Positions 21,807 through 31,889 of a stretch of 64,000 bases of DNA are shown here, piece after piece. The translations under genes and the position numbers were made by a program. Numbering within the stretch: the stretch's first letter is position 1; every line of letters begins with the position of its first letter. Origin of the DNA: a bacterium. Lineage in GTDB: Bacteria; Patescibacteriota; Minisyncoccia; Phycocordibacterales; Phycocordibacteraceae. The notes under the pieces were generated by a model that had not been told where the DNA came from, did no database searches, and worked only from the letters and a program-made list of their open reading frames with translations. The DNA is taken from the NCBI GenBank assembly GCA_021784815.1, contig JAJYHK010000005.1:25917-89916 (forward strand). The letters run 5' to 3'.

Positions 21807-22868
21807 TTACACATAGTGTTCGAAGGTCTTCGGATCCATAGCATGCGCGTAGGCGTGTTCGACCGTGATCTCGCCCTTGCGCACAAGGTTCGCGAGCATG
21901 CGATCCATATCGATCATGCCCTCTCCGGAAGAGGTCTGGATCACCGCGCCGATCTCGTGCGTTTGTCCTTCGCGAATGAGGTTGGCGACAGCGTTGTTGT
22001 TAATGAGGAGCTCGTACGCCGGAATAAGGCCGCCCGACACGCGCGGAATGAGCCGCTGCGAAAAGACGCCCGCAAGACTACCCGCAAGCTGGACGCGCAC
22101 TTGGTCTTGCTGTTCGGCCGGGAACATGTCGATGATGCGGTCGATCGTCTGCGATGCGTTATTGGTGTGGAGCGTCGAGAGTACGAGGTGGCCGGTCTCG
22201 GCAGCCGTTACCGCGGAGGAAATGGTCTCGTGGTCGCGCATCTCGCCCACCATAATGACGTTCACGTCTTCGCGGAACGTAGCCTCGAGCGCGCTATGAA
22301 AATCGAGCGCATCAATGTGGATCTCGCGCTGCTGAATGAGCGATTTGCCCGGCGGGAAGAGGTACTCGACCGGATCTTCGATAGTAACGATGTGCTCGGC
22401 GCGGGTCTCGTTGATGCGGTTGACCATCGCAGCGAGCGTCGTGGACTTGCCCTGCCCGACGGGTCCCACGACGAGGAAAAATCCTTGCGGGCGGTTAAGG
22501 AACGTTTCAAGCACAAGCGGCAGGTTGAGCTCGGTAAAAGAAAATACCTTGTTTGGAATGAGGCGCAGCGCCACGGCGACAGTGCCCTGTGCATAGTAGC
22601 CGTTGATGCGGAAACGCGATCGAGCCGTATGCGCGTAGGAAAGGTCGACCGACTTGTTCTCAAGGAATTTGTTCCAGCGTTCGGGCGGGACGATCGCTTT
22701 AAGGAGGGACTCGGTCTCGGCTGGTGTAAAAGGCGGCCGATTCGTCACGGGCACGAGCTCGCCGGAAAGCCGGATGACCGGGGGGCTGCCGGCAAAAATG
22801 TGCAGGTCGGACGCGTTCTGGGAAACAACCAGATCGAGAAGTTCCGTGAGTCGAGCGGGTGCAGCCAT
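21807..22868 (-). CDS. pilT: Type IV pilus retraction ATPase
   Basis: Walker A VVGPVGQGKSTTLAAM, Asp box, His box, PilT-specific AIRNLIREGQTHEI region; 353 aa. Confidence 0.9.
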   Translation of the reverse strand: MAAPARLTELLDLVVSQNASDLHIFAGSPPVIRLSGELVPVTNRPPFTPAETESLLKAIVPPERWNKFLENKSVDLSYAHTARSRFRINGYYAQGTVAVALRLIPNKVFSFTELNLPLVLETFLNRPQGFFLVVGPVGQGKSTTLAAMVNRINETRAEHIVTIEDPVEYLFPPGKSLIQQREIHIDALDFHSALEATFREDVNVIMVGEMRDHETISSAVTAAETGHLVLSTLHTNNASQTIDRIIDMFPAEQQDQVRVQLAGSLAGVFSQRLIPRVSGGLIPAYELLINNNAVANLIREGQTHEIGAVIQTSSGEGMIDMDRMLANLVRKGEITVEHAYAHAMDPKTFEHYV

Positions 22869-22876
22869 AGTCGAGG

Positions 22877-23278
22877 TTATGGAGCGAGTGCGCCCTGAGT
22901 GCCCGTACTCAGAATACGCCCGACCTCCGCGAGTACTTCCGACGGAATAGCAGATGCCTTGATTATGTACCCGTCAGCGTGCAATTCGCGCGCTTTTTCA
23001 AGATCGGTCTCCTGCCCCTGGTTCGAGAGGAAGATGATTTTCGCGCCCGGCACGAGCCGCTCTTTGCGCAGTGCTGCAACCGTCTCGAATCCATCGAGGC
23101 CCGGCATGATGATGTCGAGGAGAATGGCATCGAGCGGATGCGGATCCTGCCGGAGCGCGCTCAAGAGCGCCTCTCCGCCCTGCGCCGTTTCAACCTCATA
23201 TCCGGCATTGCGGAACTTCGTCGCATAGAGCCCGAGCAGAAACTTGTCGTCATCTACGAGGTAAATGCGTTGCGCCAT
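22877..23278 (-). CDS. Stand-alone response regulator receiver domain (CheY-like)
   Basis: YLVDDD...D57-equivalent in LLDIIMPGLDG...K in IIFLSNQ; 133 aa, no output domain. Confidence 0.8.
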   Translation of the reverse strand: MAQRIYLVDDDKFLLGLYATKFRNAGYEVETAQGGEALLSALRQDPHPLDAILLDIIMPGLDGFETVAALRKERLVPGAKIIFLSNQGQETDLEKARELHADGYIIKASAIPSEVLAEVGRILSTGTQGALAP

Positions 23279-23293
23279 AACGACTCCAGTATA

Positions 23294-25081
23294 CTACGCG
23301 GCCGGCTCTACCGGCACATCACCGTCGGGGACAAGTTCCCCGCCGAGCGAATTGATTTCCTCGAACGGAACCTGCTCGTTGAGCGCTTTTACAATCGCAT
23401 CCTCGCGCATGGTGAGCATGCCCGCGCGGCGCGCGGCCGCATAAACGCGTTCTTCGACCGGCTCCTTGAGCACTACCTGTTCAAGGTCTTTAGACATGTG
23501 TAGCAACTCGAAAATGCCCGTACGGCCGCGCGTGCCGTCGGGACAGTCTGCAGTCTGGCTTGCCCGATAAAATTGGACAAACGGCGGCAGCGCGGCGCGA
23601 TATTGATCCGGAAGATCGGCGAACTCCCGCTCGAGAAACTCCTGCATGCTCGGCGTCACGAGGAACGGCTTACCCGCGCCCTCGCAGAGCTTGCGTACGA
23701 GGCGCTGACCGATTACCCCCACCAAAGTCGGCGCGATGAGAAATGGATCCACGCCCATATCGATGAGGCGCGGAATCGCGCCCGCTGCCGTGTTGGTGTG
23801 GATGGTTGAAAATACGAGATGGCCGGTGAGCGCCGCCTGTACGGCGAGTCCTGCCGTCTCTTTATCGCGGATCTCGCCGACCATGATCACGTCTGGGTCC
23901 TGGCGCAGGATGGAGCGCAGCCCGCTCGCGAACGTGTACCCGATTTCCGGGCGAACCTGGCTCTGGGCGACGCCGGGTACCTCGTACTCGACGGGATCCT
24001 CGAGCGAAACGACGTTTTGTGTTTCGCGATCGAGCTCGGAGAGCATCGCAAAGAGCGTCGTTGACTTTCCGGAACCGGTCGGTCCCGCGATGAGGATGAT
24101 GCCGTACGGAGCCTGCATCATGTCGCGCACTGCTTTGAGCTGCTCGGTATTGAACCCGATCGATTCGAGTGTTGCCGTCGCGTTCGACTGGTCGAGGATA
24201 CGCATCACGACCTTCTCGCCGAATTCGGTGGGGAAGGTCGACACACGGAAATCGACGCGCCGCTGTTCAACATTCGCGGAAAAACGACCGTCCTGGGGCT
24301 TGCGCCGCTCGTCGAGCCGAAGTTTCGCGAGAATCTTGATACGCGCAACAATGGCGTCGTGCATGCGGATGGGCAGCTCGAGCGACGTGTGGAGCTTGCC
24401 ATCGACGCGGAATCGGATACGCGTCTTCCGAGGCGAGGGCTCAATGTGTACGTCAGAGGCGCGTCCCTCGATCGCGTACCGCAGCACGGTAGAGACAATC
24501 TTGGTGACCGGGGCGTCTTCCTTGAGTGTCCCGGAAGGTCCGGAGAGGTCGAGCGGACCCGCTTCAGCCGCCGTTTCGGCGGGGGCCGCGTTTTTTGGCG
24601 CGTTTTCCGGCGCAACGGTCGTTGTCTCGTATTCAGAAACGGCTTTACCGACCTCGCCGGTCAAGTTCTGGTACGCCGAGAGTACGCGCTCAAAGTCCTC
24701 TCGAGAAATGAGCACGAGTTTAAAGGGTTTCCCAATCCGCCCCGAAATGAACTGGAGCGCGTCAATCGCTTCGATATTGTCTGGATCAATGGTGCCTACG
24801 ACGAGCGCGCCATCTTCGATCGCGAGCGGCGCGATGCCGTAGTGGCGCGCCGAATCGAGAGGAATGTATCCGAGTACGTCGTCCGACACCGCTGGCTCGC
24901 CGAGGACTCGAGCGGGCAGCTCATACGCCTCTCCTGCCGCTTCAAGCGCCGCCTGTACACTCAGTCCGTGCTCCCCGAGTACCTCTGAGAGCGGACGCTT
25001 TTGAGCGAGTTCATTCGCGATTGCGGCACGATCCGTGTCCGTAATGAGTCCTTTCTCGAGCAGGATATCCGTGAGATTCAT
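23294..25081 (-). CDS. pilB: Type IV pilus assembly ATPase (GspE/PilB family)
   Basis: N-terminal T2SSE_N domain, Walker A GPTGSGKSTTLFAM, tetracysteine-less CPR-like variant, 595 aa. Confidence 0.9.
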   Translation of the reverse strand: MNLTDILLEKGLITDTDRAAIANELAQKRPLSEVLGEHGLSVQAALEAAGEAYELPARVLGEPAVSDDVLGYIPLDSARHYGIAPLAIEDGALVVGTIDPDNIEAIDALQFISGRIGKPFKLVLISREDFERVLSAYQNLTGEVGKAVSEYETTTVAPENAPKNAAPAETAAEAGPLDLSGPSGTLKEDAPVTKIVSTVLRYAIEGRASDVHIEPSPRKTRIRFRVDGKLHTSLELPIRMHDAIVARIKILAKLRLDERRKPQDGRFSANVEQRRVDFRVSTFPTEFGEKVVMRILDQSNATATLESIGFNTEQLKAVRDMMQAPYGIILIAGPTGSGKSTTLFAMLSELDRETQNVVSLEDPVEYEVPGVAQSQVRPEIGYTFASGLRSILRQDPDVIMVGEIRDKETAGLAVQAALTGHLVFSTIHTNTAAGAIPRLIDMGVDPFLIAPTLVGVIGQRLVRKLCEGAGKPFLVTPSMQEFLEREFADLPDQYRAALPPFVQFYRASQTADCPDGTRGRTGIFELLHMSKDLEQVVLKEPVEERVYAAARRAGMLTMREDAIVKALNEQVPFEEINSLGGELVPDGDVPVEPAA

Positions 25082-25087
25082 GCGGCT

Positions 25088-25405
25088 TTAGCCCCCGCTG
25101 TTTGGAAGGCTTGAGATAGGCGCAAAAGGATCATTGCGGCCGGCTTGTTCAGGAGTAATCGATGCCGTGAAGCTCACAAGCGCTCTAAACCGCGGGTCGG
25201 AGAAAATAGAGGTATCAAACGTAATGGGTCCGAGCTCGTTTGCGAGCGCCTGGAATTGCGCCTGCGCCGCCGTACTCGTCGCGGTATTCGTAAGGGCTGG
25301 CTGATTGCCCGTACCCGTGAAGAAAAACCAGTACGCCGCGCCAGCAGCCACGAGCGCGCCAAGGATGATAAGCGTATTGGTCGAATTCGCTTTGTTCGTT
25401 TGCAT
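25088..25405 (-). CDS. Small pilus-cluster protein (PilP-like?), N-terminal TM
   Basis: Position between pilB and pilO; single TM then low-complexity Thr/Ala-rich linker; no family assignment possible. Confidence 0.3.
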   Translation of the reverse strand: MQTNKANSTNTLIILGALVAAGAAYWFFFTGTGNQPALTNTATSTAAQAQFQALANELGPITFDTSIFSDPRFRALVSFTASITPEQAGRNDPFAPISSLPNSGG

Positions 25406-25408
25406 AGG

Positions 25409-25996
25409 TCAGCGTAGCCAGTAGAGGCGCACGTGCATCTGGTAAGCGTACACGCCCGTGTTCGAGCCGCTCACCGAGAGGCTCTCGACGTCAAGGAGGC
25501 GCTGATTTAGTTCGAGCCCTGCAAGAAATTTCTGGAGTGCTGCGTACGTCCCCGAAGCCTCAAGAGTGAGGTCGACCGACTCCACGGCATTCGCGACGCC
25601 GGAGCCGAGGGCACCCGCCGCGGGTCCTGAAGAAGCTCCCGCATTCCCTGCGATATTTGAACCCCCTGCACCTTGTGCCACGTTCGCACTCGTAAGTGAG
25701 AGCCCTGAGCGCGCGGCGATCGCATTGAGATCGAGGATGGTTTGCACGTTATTCACCGAGTTGGGAAGGAGGTTCCCGATCGCCTGGAGGTCAGCCGGCG
25801 ATATCGCGTTGCGTTCGGACGCGAGCTGGCTTTGCTCCGCCACGTACTGCTTCGCTGATGCAAGCACCGAGCCATCGCCCGCAATAGCGGCTTTCGTTGC
25901 GGCAATACTTCCGTTCCAGGTCGGGCTTATGTAACCGAAAAACAGAGCCGCCGAGAGCAGGAGCGCGACCGTGGGCATCAAGTGGTGCTGGGTCAT
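25409..25996 (-). CDS. pilO: PilO-like pilus assembly protein
   Basis: Single N-terminal TM + coiled-coil + periplasmic domain; synteny pilM-pilN-pilO. Confidence 0.5.
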   Translation of the reverse strand: MTQHHLMPTVALLLSAALFFGYISPTWNGSIAATKAAIAGDGSVLASAKQYVAEQSQLASERNAISPADLQAIGNLLPNSVNNVQTILDLNAIAARSGLSLTSANVAQGAGGSNIAGNAGASSGPAAGALGSGVANAVESVDLTLEASGTYAALQKFLAGLELNQRLLDVESLSVSGSNTGVYAYQMHVRLYWLR

Positions 25997-26646
25997 GGCC
26001 GTGTTGAGGTGGCGCTCAGGATGCCAGCCGACGCCGCTGCGTTTTGATTCCCGCTTGCCTCTGCCGCTGAGAATGCAACCAGACTTGGGTCGATGAGCGC
26101 ATTGAGCGAGAATGTCACCGAATTATCCTTCTGATTTACCTTGATGTTCGAGACGATGACATTCTTGAACTTACCGCCGGCACCGAGGTCATTCGAGAAC
26201 TGTGCAAGAGCGTTAAGGCTCGCCGCAACGCCAGCCGATTGCATGGCAAAAGCCGTGTCCTGGGTATCCGCAGTGAGCGACACCGAAGTAAGCTGCACGG
26301 TCGAAGGGATGACCGTACTGAGCGCCGAGAGCACGTTTGAGAGCGCGACATGGTTATTGAGTAGCTCTCCGCCGAGCTTAAGGCGGTTCTCAAGACGTAC
26401 AAAACTGTTCACGGTCTGCGGGTCAAGCTGCGCTTCTGCTTTTGCAAGCGCGGCATCATCCGCGTTTTTCTGCGCTACCAAGATGCGTCCATAAATGAAG
26501 ACGCCGATCACCAAGATGACCATGATAGAGAAAATGCCGTACGCGAGGAAACCGAACGCCCCGCCAAGATCGGCGCGCCGATACTTGCGCGTGCTCGAAC
26601 CGGGATACGGTACAAAGGATGAAGGAACGGTGGGCGGCATTGCCAT
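25993..26646 (-). CDS. pilN: PilN-like pilus assembly protein
   Basis: Short cytoplasmic N-terminus, one TM, coiled-coil; directly downstream of pilM. Confidence 0.5.
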   Translation of the reverse strand: MAMPPTVPSSFVPYPGSSTRKYRRADLGGAFGFLAYGIFSIMVILVIGVFIYGRILVAQKNADDAALAKAEAQLDPQTVNSFVRLENRLKLGGELLNNHVALSNVLSALSTVIPSTVQLTSVSLTADTQDTAFAMQSAGVAASLNALAQFSNDLGAGGKFKNVIVSNIKVNQKDNSVTFSLNALIDPSLVAFSAAEASGNQNAAASAGILSATSTRP

Positions 26647-26712
26647 CGTGTCTAAGTATACGATGGAGGCCCGCCAAATGAAGAGTGGCCCTGTGTAAAA
26701 CCACCGCCGCGC

Positions 26713-27783
26713 CTACTGCTCGTTGAGCTGGCGCAGCGCAAGACCGACTGCAACGGCGAATTCCGGACCAATGCGTTCGAGCACAGGACGCATAAAGGCA
26801 GGCGCCTCAGTCTTCACAAACGGATCTGCCACCCGTACGCCGATGGAGAAAAAGCTCTTCGCATAAGTGCCGAGATCTTTCGTGACCCCGCCGCCGCCGG
26901 TAAGGACGATGGAATCGATTGTTTTCTTGTGCATCGTCTCGAATTGCTCGAGCACGCGGCGCGCCTCGGAGAACACTCGTGAGAAGACGGTCTCGGGCGC
27001 ATCATACGTATCCTGGGCGACGCCGATTTCCTTTTTGAGCGCTTCAGCGCGGCTCAAGGTCAGGTTGTTCCCCACAGCGAGCGCCCGCGTTACATTCTGG
27101 CTGCCCGTGCTAATCGCGTGCGAGAATGCGATCGCGCCTCGTTCGACGACGTAGGCCTTGGTCGATGCGGCGCCAATATCGAGCACCATAACCGGCTTTA
27201 CCGGTTCGTCAACGACCGCGCGAATAGTGCTGAAGATCTCGATCTCATAAAAACCGACATCGAGGTTCGCGCCTTGTGCCGTCTCCTGAAGAAGCGTGAG
27301 CTCATCGTTATGCACCGCGACGAGGAGGACCTGCACGGTTGTCGGTTTTTCGTTATGAGACTGCAATTTCGATCCCGGGACGATGAACCAATCGAGTCGC
27401 ACTTCGTTAATCGGCACCGGAACATACTTGCGCGCCTCAAGCTCAATGACCGTCTTTTGTTCGGCGGCCGACTCGCGGTAGGGCAACTCGACCATCGTGA
27501 GCAGCGAGCGTGCGAAGGGTATCGAGACGCCGCAACGATTCGTCGTGACCTTCGTTTCGCGCAAAAGATCACGCAAGGTCTCCGAGATTTTATCCGCTGG
27601 CAAATCGGTCGCCTGCCCCACCTCCGCGCCCGCATAGGGTCCGAGCGAAAGCTCGCCGTACGTTTCGAGCACTGCGGCGCCGCGCTCGCGCTTCAGCTGC
27701 ACGACCTTGAGCGAAGACGAGCCGATATCGACGCCGAGCACACTTCTTTCCGCAGGCGCGAAGAGTTTGCTCAGGAATGACAT
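26713..27783 (-). CDS. pilM: Type IV pilus assembly protein PilM (actin-like ATPase fold)
   Basis: VLGVDIGSSSLKVVQL N-terminal ASKHA phosphate-1 motif, about 350 aa. Confidence 0.8.
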   Translation of the reverse strand: MSFLSKLFAPAERSVLGVDIGSSSLKVVQLKRERGAAVLETYGELSLGPYAGAEVGQATDLPADKISETLRDLLRETKVTTNRCGVSIPFARSLLTMVELPYRESAAEQKTVIELEARKYVPVPINEVRLDWFIVPGSKLQSHNEKPTTVQVLLVAVHNDELTLLQETAQGANLDVGFYEIEIFSTIRAVVDEPVKPVMVLDIGAASTKAYVVERGAIAFSHAISTGSQNVTRALAVGNNLTLSRAEALKKEIGVAQDTYDAPETVFSRVFSEARRVLEQFETMHKKTIDSIVLTGGGGVTKDLGTYAKSFFSIGVRVADPFVKTEAPAFMRPVLERIGPEFAVAVGLALRQLNEQ

Positions 27784-28415
27784 GGCATGATGATACCACG
27801 ATGCGCCTGCTCGACTTCCTTTTTCCGCCTCGAGAGGACGAACGCTTGCTGCGCGACACGGACGAACCGACCTTTTGCGCTCTCGTCGAACCTCATGCGG
27901 CGTGCCAAACGGACCCGGCGGCGATCATACTCCTCCCCTTCCATGAGCGGATGGTTCGCGCCGCGATACACGAGGCAAAGTACCATGGCTCGCGACACGC
28001 ATTCGCCCTGCTCGCTGCCGCGCTATGCGACTATCTCCGCACGAGCGCGGTACCCGGAAAAACTACGGTCATTATTCCGGTCCCGCTCGGCCGGAAGCGG
28101 CTACGAGACCGCGGGTTTAACCAAGCAGAGCGCGTCGCCCGCCTCGCCGCGACAAGCGCGACCATCCGCGTACACACAACGCTGCTCGTGCGCGTGCGCG
28201 AGACCACGTCGCAGGTTTCACTTCCCCGGCACGAGCGGCACGAGAACATGCGCGGCGCCTTCGGCGCCGCGCATGTTCTCTCTCCCGAGGAACAACGCCT
28301 CCATTACATTGTGCTCGACGACGTCCTCACGACGGGCGCTACCCTCCAAGCCGCGATTGACGCGCTCAAAGATGCCGGCGCCCAGCATGTTTGCGCTCTC
28401 GCGCTGGCTCACTAA
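27777..28415 (+). CDS. comFC: ComF family protein (phosphoribosyltransferase-like competence protein)
   Basis: C-terminal PRTase motif IVLDDVLTTGATL and upstream GFNQAE; about 210 aa. Confidence 0.8.
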   Translation: MTWHDDTTMRLLDFLFPPREDERLLRDTDEPTFCALVEPHAACQTDPAAIILLPFHERMVRAAIHEAKYHGSRHAFALLAAALCDYLRTSAVPGKTTVIIPVPLGRKRLRDRGFNQAERVARLAATSATIRVHTTLLVRVRETTSQVSLPRHERHENMRGAFGAAHVLSPEEQRLHYIVLDDVLTTGATLQAAIDALKDAGAQHVCALALAH

Positions 28416-28442
28416 ATTTGATACAGTCGGTACATAAACGAA

Positions 28443-28531
28443 GGAGGGGTCGCATAGTGGCCTAGTGCGGCGGTTTGCTAAATCGCTATACGGGTAAAAC
28501 CGTATCGAGGGTTCGAATCCCTCCCCCTCCG
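28443..28531 (+). tRNA. tRNA-Ser (anticodon GCU); CCA not encoded
   Basis: Acceptor GGAGGGG/CCCCTCC, anticodon stem GCGGT/ATCGC with loop UUGCUAA, long variable arm hairpin ATACGG-GTAAAA-CCGTAT, T-arm GAGGG-TTCGAAT-CCCTC, discriminator G; followed by CCC. Confidence 0.9.
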
Positions 28532-28556
28532 CCCGAATTCCCCTTGTGTTTTCTTA

Positions 28557-28880
28557 TTATTTTTCGTACTGCGTTTGAACGGTTCCCCACGGGTTCTCCA
28601 AAACCACTGAACCACCATTACTCGGAGCTAGAGTGTTCACCGCCGCCCGGAGATTCCCAGGCGCTACGTGCGAGTACCGCATCGTCATGGTGATGGTCGA
28701 GTGCCCGAGTAATTCCTGTACAACGCGGATCGGAATGCCATTGACCGCGAGATGCGAAGCAAACGTATGTCGCAGTGTATGCCATCCGAAACGCCTCAGC
28801 CCTGCCTTTTTCTGAGCGCGGTGGAGGCGCTGAAGCAGTAGATTCCCCGTAAAGGGACGCTGCTGTTCGTTTTTGAACAC
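28557..28880 (-). pseudogene. Tyrosine recombinase/phage integrase, C-terminal catalytic fragment only
   Basis: LRHTFASHLAVNGIPIRVVQELLGHSTITMTMRYSHV contains the conserved H-x-x-R and catalytic Tyr of the integrase box II; only about 107 aa; ends 26 nt from tRNA-Ser. Confidence 0.7.
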
Positions 28881-29135
28881 ATACCCCAGTTGGGAAATGA
28901 AGTCATCGGCTCGCCCGCTATGCGGGCTCGCCAGCCGTTTTTCGCCGAAAATTCAAGCCGTTTTGAATTCAGAATAAACCTTCCACACCATCGATCCACT
29001 AAGCGGTGCGCGTCAACTTTCCGGGGTAGTGCTACTGAACGACATGAGCATAGAGTTTGGTAAGTGGTACATCGAGATACGACGGCCCTAAACCAAGCTC
29101 AAGTGACTTGAGGCGTGACCCTTAGGGGTTGCGCC

Positions 29136-30053
29136 TCACTGCTTTATATAGGAAATACTTTTAGAAAAAAGAATCTCGCCCTCTTGCGTTGTCTTTGGCG
29201 AATGCCCCATACCCATAACCCGCTCAAGCTCAGCGTATTTGAGAGATGCCTGGAGCATTTGCATATTCTCAAAAGGAATGGCCGCGTCTTCCGTCCCATG
29301 AATGAGTAGCACATGCGAGTCAAGTTCAGCCAGCGCTGCGGTGCTGATTGAAAGATCCCCAAGTGAGTCGATCTTAGAAAAGGGCGTCTCCCAAAGCGCG
29401 TCGACAGTGCCTCCAGCCGCTACGTTTGCTGCAGGTGCCCAAAGCACCATCCGGTTGAAATCCTTGAAGCCGCCGTACAGCAGTAGCGCACCACCCAAGC
29501 TTTTGCCAATCGCTGAGAGATCGGTGTAGCCCTCGGTACGAAGAAATGCAACGCAAGCGAGAAGGTCGTCGTGAATGCCTTTGAGCGATTTCGTGAGCAG
29601 ATCTTGCGAATCCTTCCAACCCTGGCTACGCATGAGAGCAAATCCTTCGGCCGTCGCTAACTCGGCTAGCCGTATGTATCGTTCTCCCAACGCCTCTCCG
29701 CTCATGCCGGGTACAAACAGGATCGCCCGGTTAGTCTTCGATTCCGGTAGATCGAGCACGTATTCGGTCTGGGTTCCAGGTATCTGCACGACGTTATGGT
29801 CAGTATAGCTGATCATAACGTCGCTTAGTTTTGTGCCTCTCTGTTTCGCGAGCACAAGCGACATGCAAACAAGTGCCGTGGCGGCAGGCCGCTTACTGTC
29901 CGACAAACCCAAACCCCAAAGATCGTCGCTTCTCCAATACGAAAGCCGCCGCAACACGGCGTCTCTCGAACACCTGTCACTTTCCCTGTACTGCTCTCCT
30001 CTCCTAGAGTCGAGAGAGAAATGGCGTACTCGCTGATCCCTCCACCTCCGCAC
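29136..30053 (-). CDS. Alpha/beta hydrolase (dienelactone-hydrolase-like)
   Basis: Nucleophile elbow GKSLGG, C-terminal LIHGTEDAAIP (His/Asp region); true start probably downstream of the annotated Met (N-terminal 60 aa Arg-rich and atypical). Confidence 0.55.
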   Translation of the reverse strand: MRRWRDQRVRHFSLDSRRGEQYRESDRCSRDAVLRRLSYWRSDDLWGLGLSDSKRPAATALVCMSLVLAKQRGTKLSDVMISYTDHNVVQIPGTQTEYVLDLPESKTNRAILFVPGMSGEALGERYIRLAELATAEGFALMRSQGWKDSQDLLTKSLKGIHDDLLACVAFLRTEGYTDLSAIGKSLGGALLLYGGFKDFNRMVLWAPAANVAAGGTVDALWETPFSKIDSLGDLSISTAALAELDSHVLLIHGTEDAAIPFENMQMLQASLKYAELERVMGMGHSPKTTQEGEILFSKSISYIKQ

Positions 30054-30204
30054 TGCGACTGCAAAAAGAAAAGCTGATACTTGGGCGGTAGGTTGCCCAA
30101 GTATCAGCCAAAGTGGAAGTCGGCAGCAAGCGCCTCAGCAAGCACACACGAGTCGATCCGAACGTTGACGGCCGCGAGCGGAGTACGTGTCACAGACGTC
30201 TCCC

Positions 30205-30570
30205 TCAACCCTTGGTGAACGACAGGTGCATCCCGGCATCGCGTACCGCTTTTGCGAGCGCGAGCTTTGCCTCCTGATGATCAGAAGCATAGACCCGTAC
30301 CTCTTGGTGCGAGGTATTGTCTCTGATGGCGAGAAGAATCGCGGCGCCATCACTCGTGATTTTGACCCGCCGCTGCCCGCTTGCCGGCGGAAGCCCCGCC
30401 TTGATATATCCCGGCGAGATCTTTGTCACATGAGGGCAGCGAGCGGCCGCATCGCAAATGGTCAAGGCGGCAGGAATGAGGGTCGTGTGGCTACCGCCAT
30501 ACTTACCACCCGACCTTGCGTGTTTGTTGGACATGATCCATTCCTCCTTCCAGAAAGGAAGGTGCCACAC
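30205..30570 (-). CDS. Hypothetical protein
   Basis: ORF only; no recognisable motifs. Confidence 0.3.
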   Translation of the reverse strand: MWHLPFWKEEWIMSNKHARSGGKYGGSHTTLIPAALTICDAAARCPHVTKISPGYIKAGLPPASGQRRVKITSDGAAILLAIRDNTSHQEVRVYASDHQEAKLALAKAVRDAGMHLSFTKG

Positions 30571-30580
30571 CTTATAATTT

Positions 30581-31225
30581 ATGTCAAATTTCTCCCTCCG
30601 CAGCGGCAGTTGCCACGGCGACCCGCTATCTGCAGGTATGTGGGATCAGGCATTATCGACATTGCAAATTGACCATGGATTCCCTACAGTCTCAAAGGAC
30701 TGCACCGGCAATCTGAAAGGAGACCTCGCCGTCATGACAACGGACTACACGCCGCAACCAGGAGACCGCGTCACCACGCGTCTGATTGGAACCGACAAAC
30801 TAGTCGGACTCGGCACCTGCGCCGGCATCTTGCCGACGGGAGATTACCTGACCGCTATTCTCCTCGACTCAGGGCTCATAGCCCTCGTCGACACCCAAAT
30901 CTCGGTGGAACCTGCTCCGCCGGACAGCACGAAAGTTCAACCTCGGTTACTGCTGATCGAGAGATTCGTTCGTCGGTTCAGCTTGAATGGAGACCAGCTT
31001 TCGTACCACGGCGTAACCCTCAAGCCCGGCATAGTTGCTATCTCAGGTCTCCGCTCCATGATGTTCGGCCACGAAATGAAGCTGGCAGCCGAGTTGCCTT
31101 ACGGCGGCTATTTCCTCGTGATTGAAGCGGGCCTTCCGCTTCTCGATATCGCCGAAGACATCCGTGCACGGCCAGACGACAACCTGCTTGCCGGAAACGA
31201 TCCCGGACCGCGCCTGTTAGCCTGA
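30581..31225 (+). CDS. Hypothetical protein
   Basis: ORF only; no recognisable motifs. Confidence 0.3.
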   Translation: MSNFSLRSGSCHGDPLSAGMWDQALSTLQIDHGFPTVSKDCTGNLKGDLAVMTTDYTPQPGDRVTTRLIGTDKLVGLGTCAGILPTGDYLTAILLDSGLIALVDTQISVEPAPPDSTKVQPRLLLIERFVRRFSLNGDQLSYHGVTLKPGIVAISGLRSMMFGHEMKLAAELPYGGYFLVIEAGLPLLDIAEDIRARPDDNLLAGNDPGPRLLA

Positions 31226-31328
31226 TCGCCGTTTCAGCGCGCCGAGAGCATTCTGCTCTCGTCGCGCTGGGCGGCGGTTTTTCATGCCGAAATATCCAAG
31301 GCACGCGCGGGGTATATACTCGTAATCG

Positions 31329-31889
31329 ATGGCAGCCGAGCCGTACGACCCCTCCGATGAAGCGCTCGCCGCCCTCGTGCAAAAAAACGATCATGCCGCG
31401 TTCGCGCTTCTCATGGACCGCTACCAGCCGAAGCTCCTGCGCTACGGACGGCGCTTTCTCGCACAGCAAGAACCGATCGACGATGCGGTGCAAGACGTCT
31501 TTCTCAAGGTATATCAAAATATCCAGAGCTACGACGCGCAGCGCCCGTTCGCGCCCTGGATCTACCGCATCGCCCATAACGTCTTCACAAACGAGCTCCG
31601 GCGGAAGAGCCGCAAACCGCTTGTTACGCTCGATCTCGATATGCTCTCGGCGCACACCGCATACGAGATCGACCCGGCCGGTGAAGAGGAGCAGCGCCAG
31701 GTGGAAACGCTTATCAACCGAGGACTCGATGCACTACCTTCGCGATACCGCGAAGTCACGGTCCTACACTATATCGAAAACCTCAGCTATCAGGAGATCG
31801 CTGACGTGCTCCATGTCCCGGTCGGCACGGTGGGCATCCGCCTCTACCGGGCACGCCAAGTCCTGAAAAAATATGTCGAACAATCCTGA
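31329..31889 (+). CDS. RNA polymerase sigma factor, ECF (sigma-24) subfamily
   Basis: Region 2 (DAVQDVFLKVYQNI...FAPWIYRIAHNVFTNELRRK) and region 4 HTH (SYQEIADVLHVPVGTVGIRLYRARQ). Confidence 0.85.
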   Translation: MAAEPYDPSDEALAALVQKNDHAAFALLMDRYQPKLLRYGRRFLAQQEPIDDAVQDVFLKVYQNIQSYDAQRPFAPWIYRIAHNVFTNELRRKSRKPLVTLDLDMLSAHTAYEIDPAGEEEQRQVETLINRGLDALPSRYREVTVLHYIENLSYQEIADVLHVPVGTVGIRLYRARQVLKKYVEQS

